Positions 42,701 through 60,294 of a stretch of DNA of 64,000 nucleotides are shown piece after piece. Position 1 is the first letter of the stretch. Each line of letters starts with the position of its first letter. Under the pieces are notes generated by a model that searched no databases, had not been told where the DNA came from, and saw only the letters and a program-made list of their open reading frames with translations. This stretch comes from Sphaerodactylus townsendi (taxonomy: Eukaryota), in assembly GCF_021028975.2 (NCBI RefSeq), contig NC_059426.1:66340001-66404000 (forward strand), read 5' to 3'. The translations under genes and the position numbers were made by a program.

Positions 42701-44528
42701 CAAAATGTTCTGACTGGTCTTTCCTGTTCCAGGTCACCAATGAAAGGATGTCTCTACACAAGACAGTCTAGTACAGCCTTTGACCATTCCAGAAAATCAT
42801 GCTAGCTTCATCATAATCAAGGAATCTCATCATTGATCTTTTTATATCAGATTGCCTAACTGCTTTATACACTCTAACCATGAACAAGACCTCTCCACAT
42901 TCTCAAATGCTCATTCATGTGCAACAATTTTCTGGTTTTATATACACTGCATAGTTTCACCTGCAGTAGTGTCTTACTTCCAGGGGCTTCCATCATTTCT
43001 CCATAAATTTATCTCTCACTTGCAGCTACTACTTTCAACTTCAAATACCACGGCACTCCACCAGGTGGGAAATTCCACCCCACCCCCACAATGGAATTGC
43101 TCCCACCATAATTTCTGCTGATGAAAAGGGATGGGGAAAGTCTTCTATTTAAAAAGGCTGAGCTGTTGATCATGAGATTCACATAGAAAAAAGCCTTGTG
43201 GGAGGGTGGTGGGTAGTAAGGAGAATTAAGCCCCACTGGATCTATTTCCATCGTTCCGCCACTTGCCCATTTTCTACAATACATTACAATTCAAAACATA
43301 TTTCCAAACATCTCAGGATGATGCATTTTTCCCACCCACTGAAATATGTGAACAATGTGCTGCACTACCCCATTCATTAGTTTCAACAGACTTAGGCTGG
43401 GGTAACTCTATCAGATTGTACTGCAAAACTCTCAGAGTGTCTGATTTGGAGGTCAGAGACATGAGTTCAAATCCTAGCTCTGGAATGAAGTCTGCTGGGC
43501 AGGATAGCAACTTATTACTTCTCACAGCTGACCTATCTCACTGCAATGGTGTGAAGACAATGGTAGGGAGCGGGACACACAACCCTCCTGGTATGCTACC
43601 CAGAGTACCCTGGTGAAGAAGCAAAGCTCATGTATGATAAATAAACTTTAATTACACAGGACTGTTTGTTCCAAAGTGAAGAATAGCCAATCCAGTACAC
43701 AAAGAACATATTTCTTGTTTCAGAGGTTAGCTAAGTTTTTGGTTCAGCAACCTTAGCTGTGATCCTCAGATGCACAGCCCCAAGCTCAATTTCACATCAC
43801 TTGTTGCCAGCTTTCCCTTCTGTTCCCTGAGATCTCCTCTCCATCGGAGGAAAAATATATTCAGCATGTTCATGGATATTTCCTCATAAGTCCCACCTAT
43901 CTCAATTAGACTCAAGGAAGCACACAGAACAACGTAGTTTTACATTCCTAGGTAAAGTACAAGTCCCAGCCGCAAATACGTAATACATCCGCAAATACAT
44001 AAATACATAATAAATACGTAATACGAGTCACTATTACGTTTGCAGTTGCTTGAATGCCAGAGATCCTTTGCAGCATGTTTCTTCTTATCACAGCAGAGTC
44101 TGCTAGCTAACAAAGCCCACATCAGCACCGCCAGGAGCACCACGACGGATTCCCTTGCCATCGGGACCAGCCCCTGCCTGCCCCCCACCCCCTTCCAGGA
44201 CTGAGGGCTCTCATAAGACCACCGAGGCCTGCTTGACAACCACCACCCACCGCAGATCTCCCCCTCCATCATCTGCCTGCTCTCACCACAGCGCAACTCC
44301 CAGCGCGACGGCCCCGGCCAGGCTCTGCGGCGGCCTCTCCCAGACCAGCAGTCGCTGCACGGCAGCCAACGACGCCTCCCAGCCCCTCAGGCGTCGCCTC
44401 AGGTGGCCGGCCAACGCCAAGACCTCCTGCTCCTCCTCCTCCTCCGCTTCTACTCCGCAGCCACCGGGCCCGGCCGCCGCCGCCTCCTCCCCTGTCACCG
44501 GGACACCCGAACTGCCGCCGCTCGCCAT
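27750..44528 (-). CDS. RETREG2: Reticulophagy regulator 2 (FAM134A), ER-phagy receptor, complete, 9 exons
   Basis: Exons (minus strand): 44528-44287, 36804-36698, 33288-33258, 32709(or 32715)-32580, 31475-31391, 30686-30549, 30302-30208, 29952-29817, 28417-27750 (TAG). About 543 aa. Reticulon-homology motifs [40 protein letters not shown]; [22 protein letters not shown]; acidic tail with LIR motif DDFELL at 27861-27878. Confidence 0.96.
28785..28985 (+). mobile_element. tRNA-derived CORE-type SINE
   Basis: GGGTTCAAATT B-box and CCTACCTCACAGGGTTGTT...GATAAAATGG core. Confidence 0.65.
32985..33170 (+). mobile_element. CORE-type SINE, 5'-truncated
   Basis: CCTACCTCACAGGATTGTTGTT...GATAAAATGG core and A-rich tail. 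Confidence 0.6.
36169..36253. mobile_element. Short, internally deleted hAT MITE
   Basis: TIR CAGAGGTGT / ACACCTCTG; perfect TSD GTATAGAA. Confidence 0.85.
37000..37880 (-). mobile_element. LINE (L2/CR1 group) ORF2 3' fragment, decayed
   Basis: Minus-strand translation [20 protein letters not shown]...LLVIPG resembles the L2 ORF2 C-terminus, with a (TAAA)-like tail near 37000. Confidence 0.65.
39011..39118. mobile_element. Short hAT MITE
   Basis: TIR CAGGGGTGTCCAACTCT / AGAGTTGGACACCCATG; TSD CGCTAGAG / CACTAGAG. Confidence 0.85.
40166..40557. mobile_element. Non-autonomous hAT element
   Basis: TIRs CAGTGGTGGGATCCA / TGGATCCCACCTCTG; perfect TSD GGCATATG (40158-40165, 40558-40565); CpGs retained internally. 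Confidence 0.9.
43430..43645 (+). mobile_element. Degenerate CORE-type SINE
   Basis: GAGTTCAAATCC B-box, degraded core and ATAAATAAA tail. Confidence 0.5.
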
Positions 44529-44800
44529 CGCCTCAGCCAGCGATCAGGGACGGGGGGAGGGGGAGGAGGAGAAAGGAGCCCTGACAGCCGCGACCGGAAG
44601 AAGCCGCGCACCAACCTGCGCGTTCAGCCGAATCACGTGCGCTCCCCCAGCACGTGAAAAATGACGTAAGGCTCACTACGTCACCTGGTGTCTCTGGGTG
44701 CCTGTCGCGAGCGCAGGGGGAGACTTCCGCTCTTCGCATATTGGACGGTAGCAGTTGATCGACTGCCCTTACAAAAGGGGTTTCAAATCACACCCGGCCG
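44100..44800 (-). promoter_or_regulatory. RETREG2 CpG island and core promoter
   Basis: CpG-rich region over exon 1. CCGGAAG 44594-44600, CACGTG at 44634 and 44651, TGACGTAA 44662-44669, TACGTCA 44677-44683, TCGCGA near 44705. Confidence 0.75.
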
Positions 44801-45139
44801 TATTCAGTATTTTAAAAGCCTTATTCCCAATCAAGCTTTCGTGAGAGTGAAGCCCTAACCTTTTTTGCCCTGAAAGGACGTCATATTGAAATAATTTAGA
44901 GTGCTGTAGCTTTACAGTCCACTCGTGTTTCTCCCCTCGTCAAACCCCATCCTCCCCAGACCCCATCTCAGTTCTCCAGGTATTTCCCAAGCGGGAGTCT
45001 GCAGGTTTTTCCCAAGCCAAAGTCCTCTGTTTATGGTTTGCACTGCGTGCAGTGGTATAATTGTAGAATACATGTTATATAATGAATATTGTTCACTGGG
45101 GTAGTTAATTTTTAGTGTAGAACTTTGGTTATAAGCATG

Positions 45140-45343
45140 GATACCAACTCCCACTTGGGAAGTGCCTGAAGATTTGGGAGTGGAACCTGAGGAATATGGG
45201 GTTTGGAGAGGGAAGAGACCTCATCAAGGTATAATGTCAGAGTCTACCCTCCAAAGTTATCCAAGAGAACTGTTCTCTGTCAACTGGAGATTGGTTGTAG
45301 TACCAGGAGATCTCCAACCCCCACCAGGAGGCTGGCAACCCTA
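45140..45343. mobile_element. Degenerate MITE with TAGGGTTGCCA-type end
   Basis: Ends TGGCAACCCTA. Related fragments at about 44920-45010 (inverted) and 50230-50420. Confidence 0.5.
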
Positions 45344-46712
45344 AAAAGGACATGTGTATTTTTAAAATCTAATGACACAAAGAAAGGGTGCTTTTGCAAT
45401 ACGCTGCCTACAATTATTTTGTTATGTGAGCACATGAATGTACCCATATGCATATTTGTGGTTCCAGTTATGCATTTGTGACACCTCAGAAGCCAAGAGT
45501 CTTACAGTGCCATCCAAAGCACAGTTGCATCCTTGTAAGTCTAATGGGCTTAAATGGATGTAACTCTGCTTAGGATGGCAGTTAGTGTGGCATAAACTTC
45601 TTGTGTCAGTTTAGATCTGTACAAGGCAATGTACAGTTTCAAATGGAGAGGGCCTTGGGTGGATCAAGTCATCCTCCAAGCAGCCTTCCTGCAGAAGGCC
45701 TTGCTTAGCAGGGCATAGGTGGAGAGTTGCAGATATGAATGTTCAAGGGATGAAGGGCTTCGTATGTACCTTGAACTGAGCTTGGGAATGGATGGGCAGC
45801 CAACGGAGTGACTGCAGAATATATATAATATGCAAACTCTGCTTAATTCCTGATAACTGAGCTGTGGCATTCTATACCAACTGGTGTCTCCAAGCTGATT
45901 TCAAGGGGAGATCTATGTAAAGTGCATAACAGTAACCTAATCTCAGTGTTACTGCAACACAGAACCAGGTGGTCTAGTCTGGTTAAGTTTATGCAGGATG
46001 CCATCTTCTAGATTAAACTGGAAAAAGATGTTCCTTCTCTTTCTTATTTAAATCCCATCAAAAATAGGAAGTGCAATGTTGTTTAAGGTCCCAGGCTTGT
46101 CAACCAGCACCACTTCCGTCTTGTCTAAGTTCACTTTCAACTAGTTTGCTTTCCACCATTTAACCACAGCCACTAATCACATTCAAAATGATTAAAAATG
46201 GCTAAAAGTTTCTTTCCAACTCGTTCAATCTATACATATATTTCAGGGGAGAGGACTGGTCTATTCCTACAGTGGAACTAGGAGTGGTAGTGACTCTAGG
46301 GGTCAGCAACCTTTAACACCCAAAGAGCCATTGGGACCCGTTTTCCACGGAAAAGAAAACACTTGGAGCCGCAAATACTTTTTGACATTTAAAATGAAGA
46401 TAACACTGTATATATTGTTTTTTTACCTTTATGCTTTGTATAAAACAATTATAGTGTGTTGCTTATGAAATCCATGAAGTGCTACAGAGAAAATTATATT
46501 TTATTTATGTAAAGGACACATTTTGAACTTTTAAAAAATAGCAAAAAACACGTTGAGTTGAAGGTCTCTTTCAAATCTTTATATCGCTTTTGGGTTTTCG
46601 AAGCGTGTAGCGGAGACTTGACCTGAAATTTAAAAATAAATTTTAAAAAAAACACTATACGCAATGAAAAAAATATTTGCAAAATATCTGCATAAATATT
46701 TATTTTACCTGG

Positions 46713-48693
46713 CTAATGGGACTTCTGCTCCTGAACCTCAGCACACAGCGTTTGCAAATCGGGGCTGTACGAAGTCACTTTCACCTTTAAGCAGGACTGT
46801 AAGCTGTCATCTGTGAGATGTGAGCGGTGCTTGTTTTTAACATAGTTCATGGTGGAGAATAGCTGCTCACATGCGTATGTGGTTCCGAAGATCGACAGGA
46901 CTCCAAATGCATATTTCTTCATGTTTATGTATGTGTCGGGAATGGCATTCCATGTTTCAAACACTAGTTTGTCTGGTCTTGGAAGGTTCTCAATATCACT
47001 CCATTTGTGATTCTGAACAAGAGTGGCCTTCTGATGGGCAACATCTTCAAGATCCTCTGTCAAGCGTTTGAATTTGGACACCCACATATCTTTGTCAGCT
47101 ATGTCAGCCAGCTCCAGCTCCAGCTCCGGGTGACTTACACCTGCAAATGCAGTCACATTTAACAGGGATGGATCGATGGTCAGGGGGGGGTGATAGGGGA
47201 AAGGCGACAACGTGGTTTTCCCTGTCTGAACTCACTGAATCGATTTCCCCAAACGATGAAACTTGCATTGTGGTGATTGCATGACTGCAACATCTCTGAA
47301 TTTATCACCTTGTAGCCAACGAGCTTGTTTGTACTCCCTTAAAGAGGGGAAGTGAGACAGTGTGCCCTCTCTGCTAAAATCTCTGAATAAAACTGGTCCA
47401 GTTTGCAAGCTCAAATGCTAACAACACCTCCTCCAGGCATGTTGTAGTGCCTGTGCCTCCTCTCCCCTGAAGAGTTGTATTCCAGCATGTTCAGGTTCGC
47501 TGTCATGTCCACCACTTGAAGTGCAGCTTTTCCAGCCACTCCTAGTTGGTTCCCAGCTCTCAGGAAGGTAAGCCCTTTGCTGCTGCAGGAAAATTTTCAC
47601 CTCTCCCAGAACCATGCTTTTAACAAAGTGCCGTTTCCAACACCTCTCCTTTCGGACAGCCAATCCACGGACTCTGTTTATGCAGCAGGAGATCCAAGAG
47701 TATGTGCTGTCACACCATCAATGCATCAGTAACGAACGGAACTTTGACAGTGATTTAAACCTTTTGCAATTATTTCATTGATTATCTGAATGACAACATT
47801 CATGACCTCTCTATTGTGCATTCTGGAGGGAAAAGTTTGCGCAAGCACAATGCCTCTTGGTGCAGGATGCAATGAAACGTCAGCAGCTTTCTATCCAGTG
47901 ACTTCTGCAGCAAGGCCACAAATCCCCTGTGCGCTCCAGACATACTCGGTGCCCCATCGGTAGCCACTGACACTAGGTGGGTTGTGTTTATTCCTTTGGC
48001 TTTTAAACAATCAAGCACAGCCTCACAGATGTCTTCCCCCTGTGTCTGGCCTTTTAGTGGTATCAGCTCAACCATTTCTTCCTGTGGTCCAGCAGAGTTC
48101 ACATATCGGCAGAACAAAGCTATTTGTTCAATGTCACTATTGTCTTTGGACTCATCACAGGCGATTGAGTATGCTGCAGCTGAATTGATGTCTTTAATTT
48201 GATGTTTTGTGATATTTTCTGCCATTTTTATGGTTCTTTCTTTTACAGTCTTCATAGAGAGAGGCATCTCTCTGATTTTCTGCACAATTTCTCTCTTGTT
48301 TTTAAAGTCCGCGAATAGGTGTTCTGATATCTTAATGAATGACTCTTTCATAAATTCTCCATCTGTGAACGGCTTCCCATGCCTGACTATCTCCTGAGTG
48401 GCCACAAAACTTGCATACGTAGTTGAATTTGCAGACTTCATCCTCAGATCAGCCTTCTGCATCAGTTCCGAAACAGCTTTTTTTCTCTCTTCTCCCTCCG
48501 GATATTTTCCAGCAAAGGCTGTGTGTTTACATTGGAAATGTCTTGCGACATTTGACCTTTTATTGTTAGCCAGTCTCTCTCCACAAATTAGGCATACTGG
48601 TAGGCCACTCTCATCAGAGGTAAATGCAAATGAATCTCTCCAGGCATCATTAAATGTTCTATTTTCTTCAGATATTTTTCTTTTCTTACATTT
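46713..48693 (-). pseudogene. hAT transposase (GTF2IRD2-like), frameshifted in its middle third as given
   Basis: ORF 48747-47800 has a KKRK basic motif, BED-type zinc finger (CLIC...RHFQCKH), first D (SIACDES), second D (VATDGAPSM) and CxxH (HCILH). ORF 47210-46713 has the hATC dimerization region with the catalytic E (GTTYACEQLFSTM). Many indels between about 47220 and 47850. Confidence 0.88.
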
Positions 48694-49125
48694 CTGCAAG
48701 AGGGAAGAGCAGGAGCAGTCAACAGGTTTGCCCAACTGTGCTGGCATCCAAACCCACCCCCCAGAATGGAGGTGCGGAAAGGCTGGGGAGAGGGGGATCC
48801 TGCTTTTATCTCACTCATCCTCCCCATCATTTTTCTGCACTCAGGAGCATGCAAAATGACATCTATTTTGTAAATAGGAACATACATGAGAATAGAGGTG
48901 GGGAAAGGCTGGGGGGGGGGGGAGCAATCCCAGTTTTATTTTCACACAGAGATCCACAGCAATCCTCCCCATGTTTTCATGCACTCAGGACTGCGTCCAA
49001 AATGAAATATATGTTGCAAAAATGGATATAATGAAAGAGCCGGGGTGGGGGGTTGAAAGGGAGAGACAAGCCAGGCGCTCCTCCTCCCTCGCTTGGCCAC
49101 AATGCCCCCCACCCCACCCCAATAC

Positions 49126-49299
49126 CTTCAGTGTGATGTAATCAGGCTTCCACTCAGGCCTCAGCCGGCTGAGCAGCTCCAAGGCCCCCCGTCGGGCCCC
49201 CGCCCCTCCGCCGCCGCCCGAAGGGTCCCTCTCGCTGACCACGATGTCCAGCTTGGGCACCTCAGGAGAGCCGGGCGGCACATGGATGTAGTTGGCCAT
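49126..49299 (-). CDS. ETNK1: Orphan copy of ethanolamine kinase 1 first coding exon (58 aa) inside the transposon
   Basis: MANYIHVPPGSPEVPKLDIVVSERDP...GALELLSRLRPEWKPDYITLK matches the vertebrate ETNK1 N-terminus as I recall it (MANYIHVPPGSPEVPKL...GALSLLQHLRPHW...VTLQ). Kozak context GTCGCCATGG; ends AAG|GTATTG. I found no downstream ETNK1 exons in the window. Confidence 0.85.
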
Positions 49300-49566
49300 G
49301 GCGACGCGGGGTGTATGTGTCTCTTTAACGGTCGGTGGCGCGAGGGGGGTGGGAGGGTACCGCCCCGCGAAAGGCGCAGCCAGCGAGTGAAGCGCGCGCC
49401 AGACGTTCAGCATAGCAGACCTTCCGGCACAGATAATAAGAGAAGCCGTGGAGGGAGGGGAGGAGCCGAGTAGGGAAACCTGATCAAAACAGCGGAGAGC
49501 CAAAGCCTCACGAGCCAACGGGAGCGCGCGAGGCCCCAGGAAGGGGCAGCCACGCCGGGGGCCGCG
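49300..49566 (-). promoter_or_regulatory. GC/CpG-rich promoter and 5'UTR-like segment captured with the ETNK1 exon
   Basis: Very CpG-dense, ETS core (CCGGAAG on minus strand near 49421-49427), directly upstream of the ETNK1 ATG and running up to the TIR. Confidence 0.6.
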
Positions 49567-50780
49567 GGTTGCCGACCCCTAGACTAACTAACAACTATAA
49601 TGGAATAAAAGAGTGAACTTCTGCATGTATGTTCTAGACAGGAAGGCCTATTTTCTTGCCATGATTACGACGACAGGCTGGCTCACATATGCATGATTGA
49701 TCATTCAATATATTGTAAATTGCATGTGTGCATGGGCTATCACAGATGGAACTTCTGTATTACACTTAAACACAACTGTTGTCAGATGGAATCAGTTAAC
49801 ATATTCAGACCTAGAAATCAAGTGCTGAGAAATCTGGTAAAGCACAGGTAAGCAAGACCAAAATTGCATTCCAGACAACTATTTTATTTAACTACGTTCT
49901 CTGATACAGGAATTTTTGTTAATAGTCGAGGCAAATTCTCTTACTAAAGTCCTGGTTTTATTCCCGTTCCCAAGAACTTGTGTGTCCATTCTGATCTCCC
50001 TCACCAGCCAGTGTGTGCAACTGTTGATTTCAGACAGAACTCACACCTATCTTCTTACTCCTCCCTTTCCCCCTTACACCGAGATTTATTCTAGAGAACT
50101 CATGATAAAACTCACAAGCCTTGAGTCCACCCTTGCCTCCCTATAAGATTTCCCAGGACGATTTTCTTCACATAATTATCTGAAGAAGCAAGCTCTGACT
50201 CACTAAAGCTCATATGGAAATAAAGTGCTACCAACTCCAGACTGGAAAATTCTAGGCGAGTTGGGGGTGCAGCCTAGGAAGGGACGTGTTTGGGGAGGGG
50301 AGGCGTCTCAGGTACAATGACATGGAGTTCATCGTTTAAAGAAGCCATTTTATCCAGGAACTGATCGAGAACAGGTGTGATTCCAGGGGATCTTCATGCT
50401 CTTCCCGGAGATTAGCCAGGTTAGCTCGCAGTCTTCAAGGTATCACTGGACTTTCCCGTTCATTTCTTCCAGTCCAGCGATACTTCCGCCTTGCGAATTT
50501 AAGTGCTGAACGTAATGACGCACTCCAAACAACTCATAAACAGCCGGTTTATCTCAGTCGGGTTAGGTGGAAGAGGCGGGAGCGGAAAGACCCGCCTCCT
50601 CGCCCGTCCCAGGAAGGGGAAGGCGAGAAGCCTCTTTGGGCCTTCCATTTTCTTTGGCGGCATCCGAACCCGTAAGGGGGGGTACTTTGATATCTGGGCG
50701 CCGCCTAACCCAAGGCAGAGGCAGCCGGAGCCGGGAAAGGCGCATTCCAAGCTCCGAACCCGCCTCGTGGAACCAGCAGG

Positions 50781-58473
<7,693 letters not shown>

Positions 58474-60294
58474 GGTTGGAGACAGCAGGTAGAGTTTAGG
58501 GTTTGGGGGAGCAGCATCTGGGGCACCTTGATCAGCAATGCTGTGAGTGTTTGGAGGGTATAAGGATGCAAGGCAGGAAAGGGTATGAAAGACTGGGGCC
58601 TGTCATTGTGTCTCCTTTCAGCTTGATACCAACTCTCGTAACCAGCTCTCAAAAACTCCATCATCATTTTTGCGTTTACTCCCTTCCAGCAATTTAGTAG
58701 CTATGCTCAAGAGTGTCCAAGAGTTTGCTGAAAGGATGCTTCCCATTTTGGAGGCATCTAGAACAGTTAGGATGAAGACTGGAACCATGAAGCCTGGATC
58801 ATTCATAACCTTACTTCTCCTGAGCTAATAAGTTGCCTTGGCAAACCTGACTTCCCTCAGTATGTAAAATATAGGGGTGGGTTTTACACATTTGAGAGTG
58901 CTAAAATCAGGCTTTCTAGCTTGTCCAGTAATTTGTGGGATGCAATGATTTATTATGACAAATGCCAGCAATTCTGCACCTCAGGCTACCAAACATGTAT
59001 GTACTACATAATTATGTATTACATAATTAAAAACATTGGGCATCATGCAATGCCTCCTGGCTTGTGTGGCAGCGTTCTTGAGGAACTAGGCAGAAATGAT
59101 CTGTGGTGACTCCCTTCCGCAGTGACAAATGCCAACAATTCTACATCATCAAGCTATCAAGCGATAGCTGTATTTACACTAAGCCATTATTAGAATAATA
59201 TGGAAACTCACTGTTAATGTTCTAATACTGATCTAGTGCTTCCTACTTGGGCAGCCATTTTTACAAGCCATGCAGGACTAGCTTGTGATTTCCTTCAGCC
59301 ACAGCACAGGGAAAGAAAGGGGAAGACAGTTACGTAAAAATAATTTTGGTGCTTTGGTACCCCTACCTGATGTGTTGTGAGTGCTTGACTGCCCAGTCTT
59401 TAAATCGTGGGGTGGGGGGTGTGGGAGGTGTGGCAGACATTATCTACCCATAAATTTTCTCAGCACTTTTTTGCTGTAGTTTTTTCACTTATTTCTTGTA
59501 GATGGGATCTCTTCTAATAAAAATAGTTCCTGATGATGTGTTACTGTCTGGCCTTTTAAAAACGATTGTTACACTAAATCCAGGTACCAAAGACTCCTCC
59601 TTGACTTCCTGCTTTGTGTTTGGTGGTGGGGGAGAGATCTGCAGTATCACACTGGTTCAATCTTTAATTACCCCAAAATACATTTTTACAGAACTGGAAC
59701 ATTTGGGCAAGGATTGGCATGGTTATATGGATGAATTGGGATTCTAGTAGTGGTTTGGCTTAAAAACTACTGGAAAAGATCACAGCAGGCCTGTCTTCCA
59801 TGCATTATAACCTTAGCTCAGGGCAATTTGGGGCCTCTGGCACCATGCATTTGAAACTTGTGCAGGTCGCCTTCAATTATTTTTAAGTGCATTCAAGTAA
59901 CGGAATTCTGCTCTGTTTTCATCCAGTCTATGCAATAGTTGTAACTTAGCAACCCGCCTCTGCAGAATCAAAAGTGAGTAATCACTGGTTCTTGCTACAG
60001 TGCAGCTACCTGTATTGTTTCTTTATATGTGAGAATTTCACAGTTAGCACCAAAATGTAAATATATCTTAACAGCTGCATTTTGGTGTAAATATATCTTA
60101 ACAGCTGCAATATTTGTAGTCAGCCTCTACCTGAATGTTTGGTAACAATACAAATCAGTAATAGATCCTATGTACTATAACTCTGTAAGAAAACACTTTC
60201 ACCCAAAACATTAAACATTCAGCACTTTCAAACAAATATAAACCAATTATGAAGCAGCAGCTCACAAAAGACAGTTGACCAAAACCTAAAAATA

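Larger units (their letters stand above)
46297..49581 (-). mobile_element. hAT (Charlie/Buster-like) DNA transposon carrying a captured ETNK1-like promoter and first exon
   Basis: TIRs TAGGGGTCAGCAACC (46297-46311) and GGTTGCCGACCCCTA (49567-49581), 14/15 match. They enclose transposase coding sequence and an ETNK1-like exon. No clean 8-bp TSD is visible. Confidence 0.9.

Noticed and set aside
46713-48747. GTF2IRD2 or another domesticated ZBED-type gene
   Set aside because: TIRs are still present and there are no GTF2I repeats, so the similarity reflects shared hAT transposase ancestry.
48694-48747. ATG at 48747 as the transposase start
   Set aside because: The first 18 codons overlap a polypyrimidine tract and CAG acceptor and show no transposase character. 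It is not excluded for unspliced RNA.
48985-49518. 177-aa ORF read as the genuine ETNK1 gene
   Set aside because: Only 58 codons match ETNK1; no later kinase exons were found, and the exon lies inside transposon TIRs.
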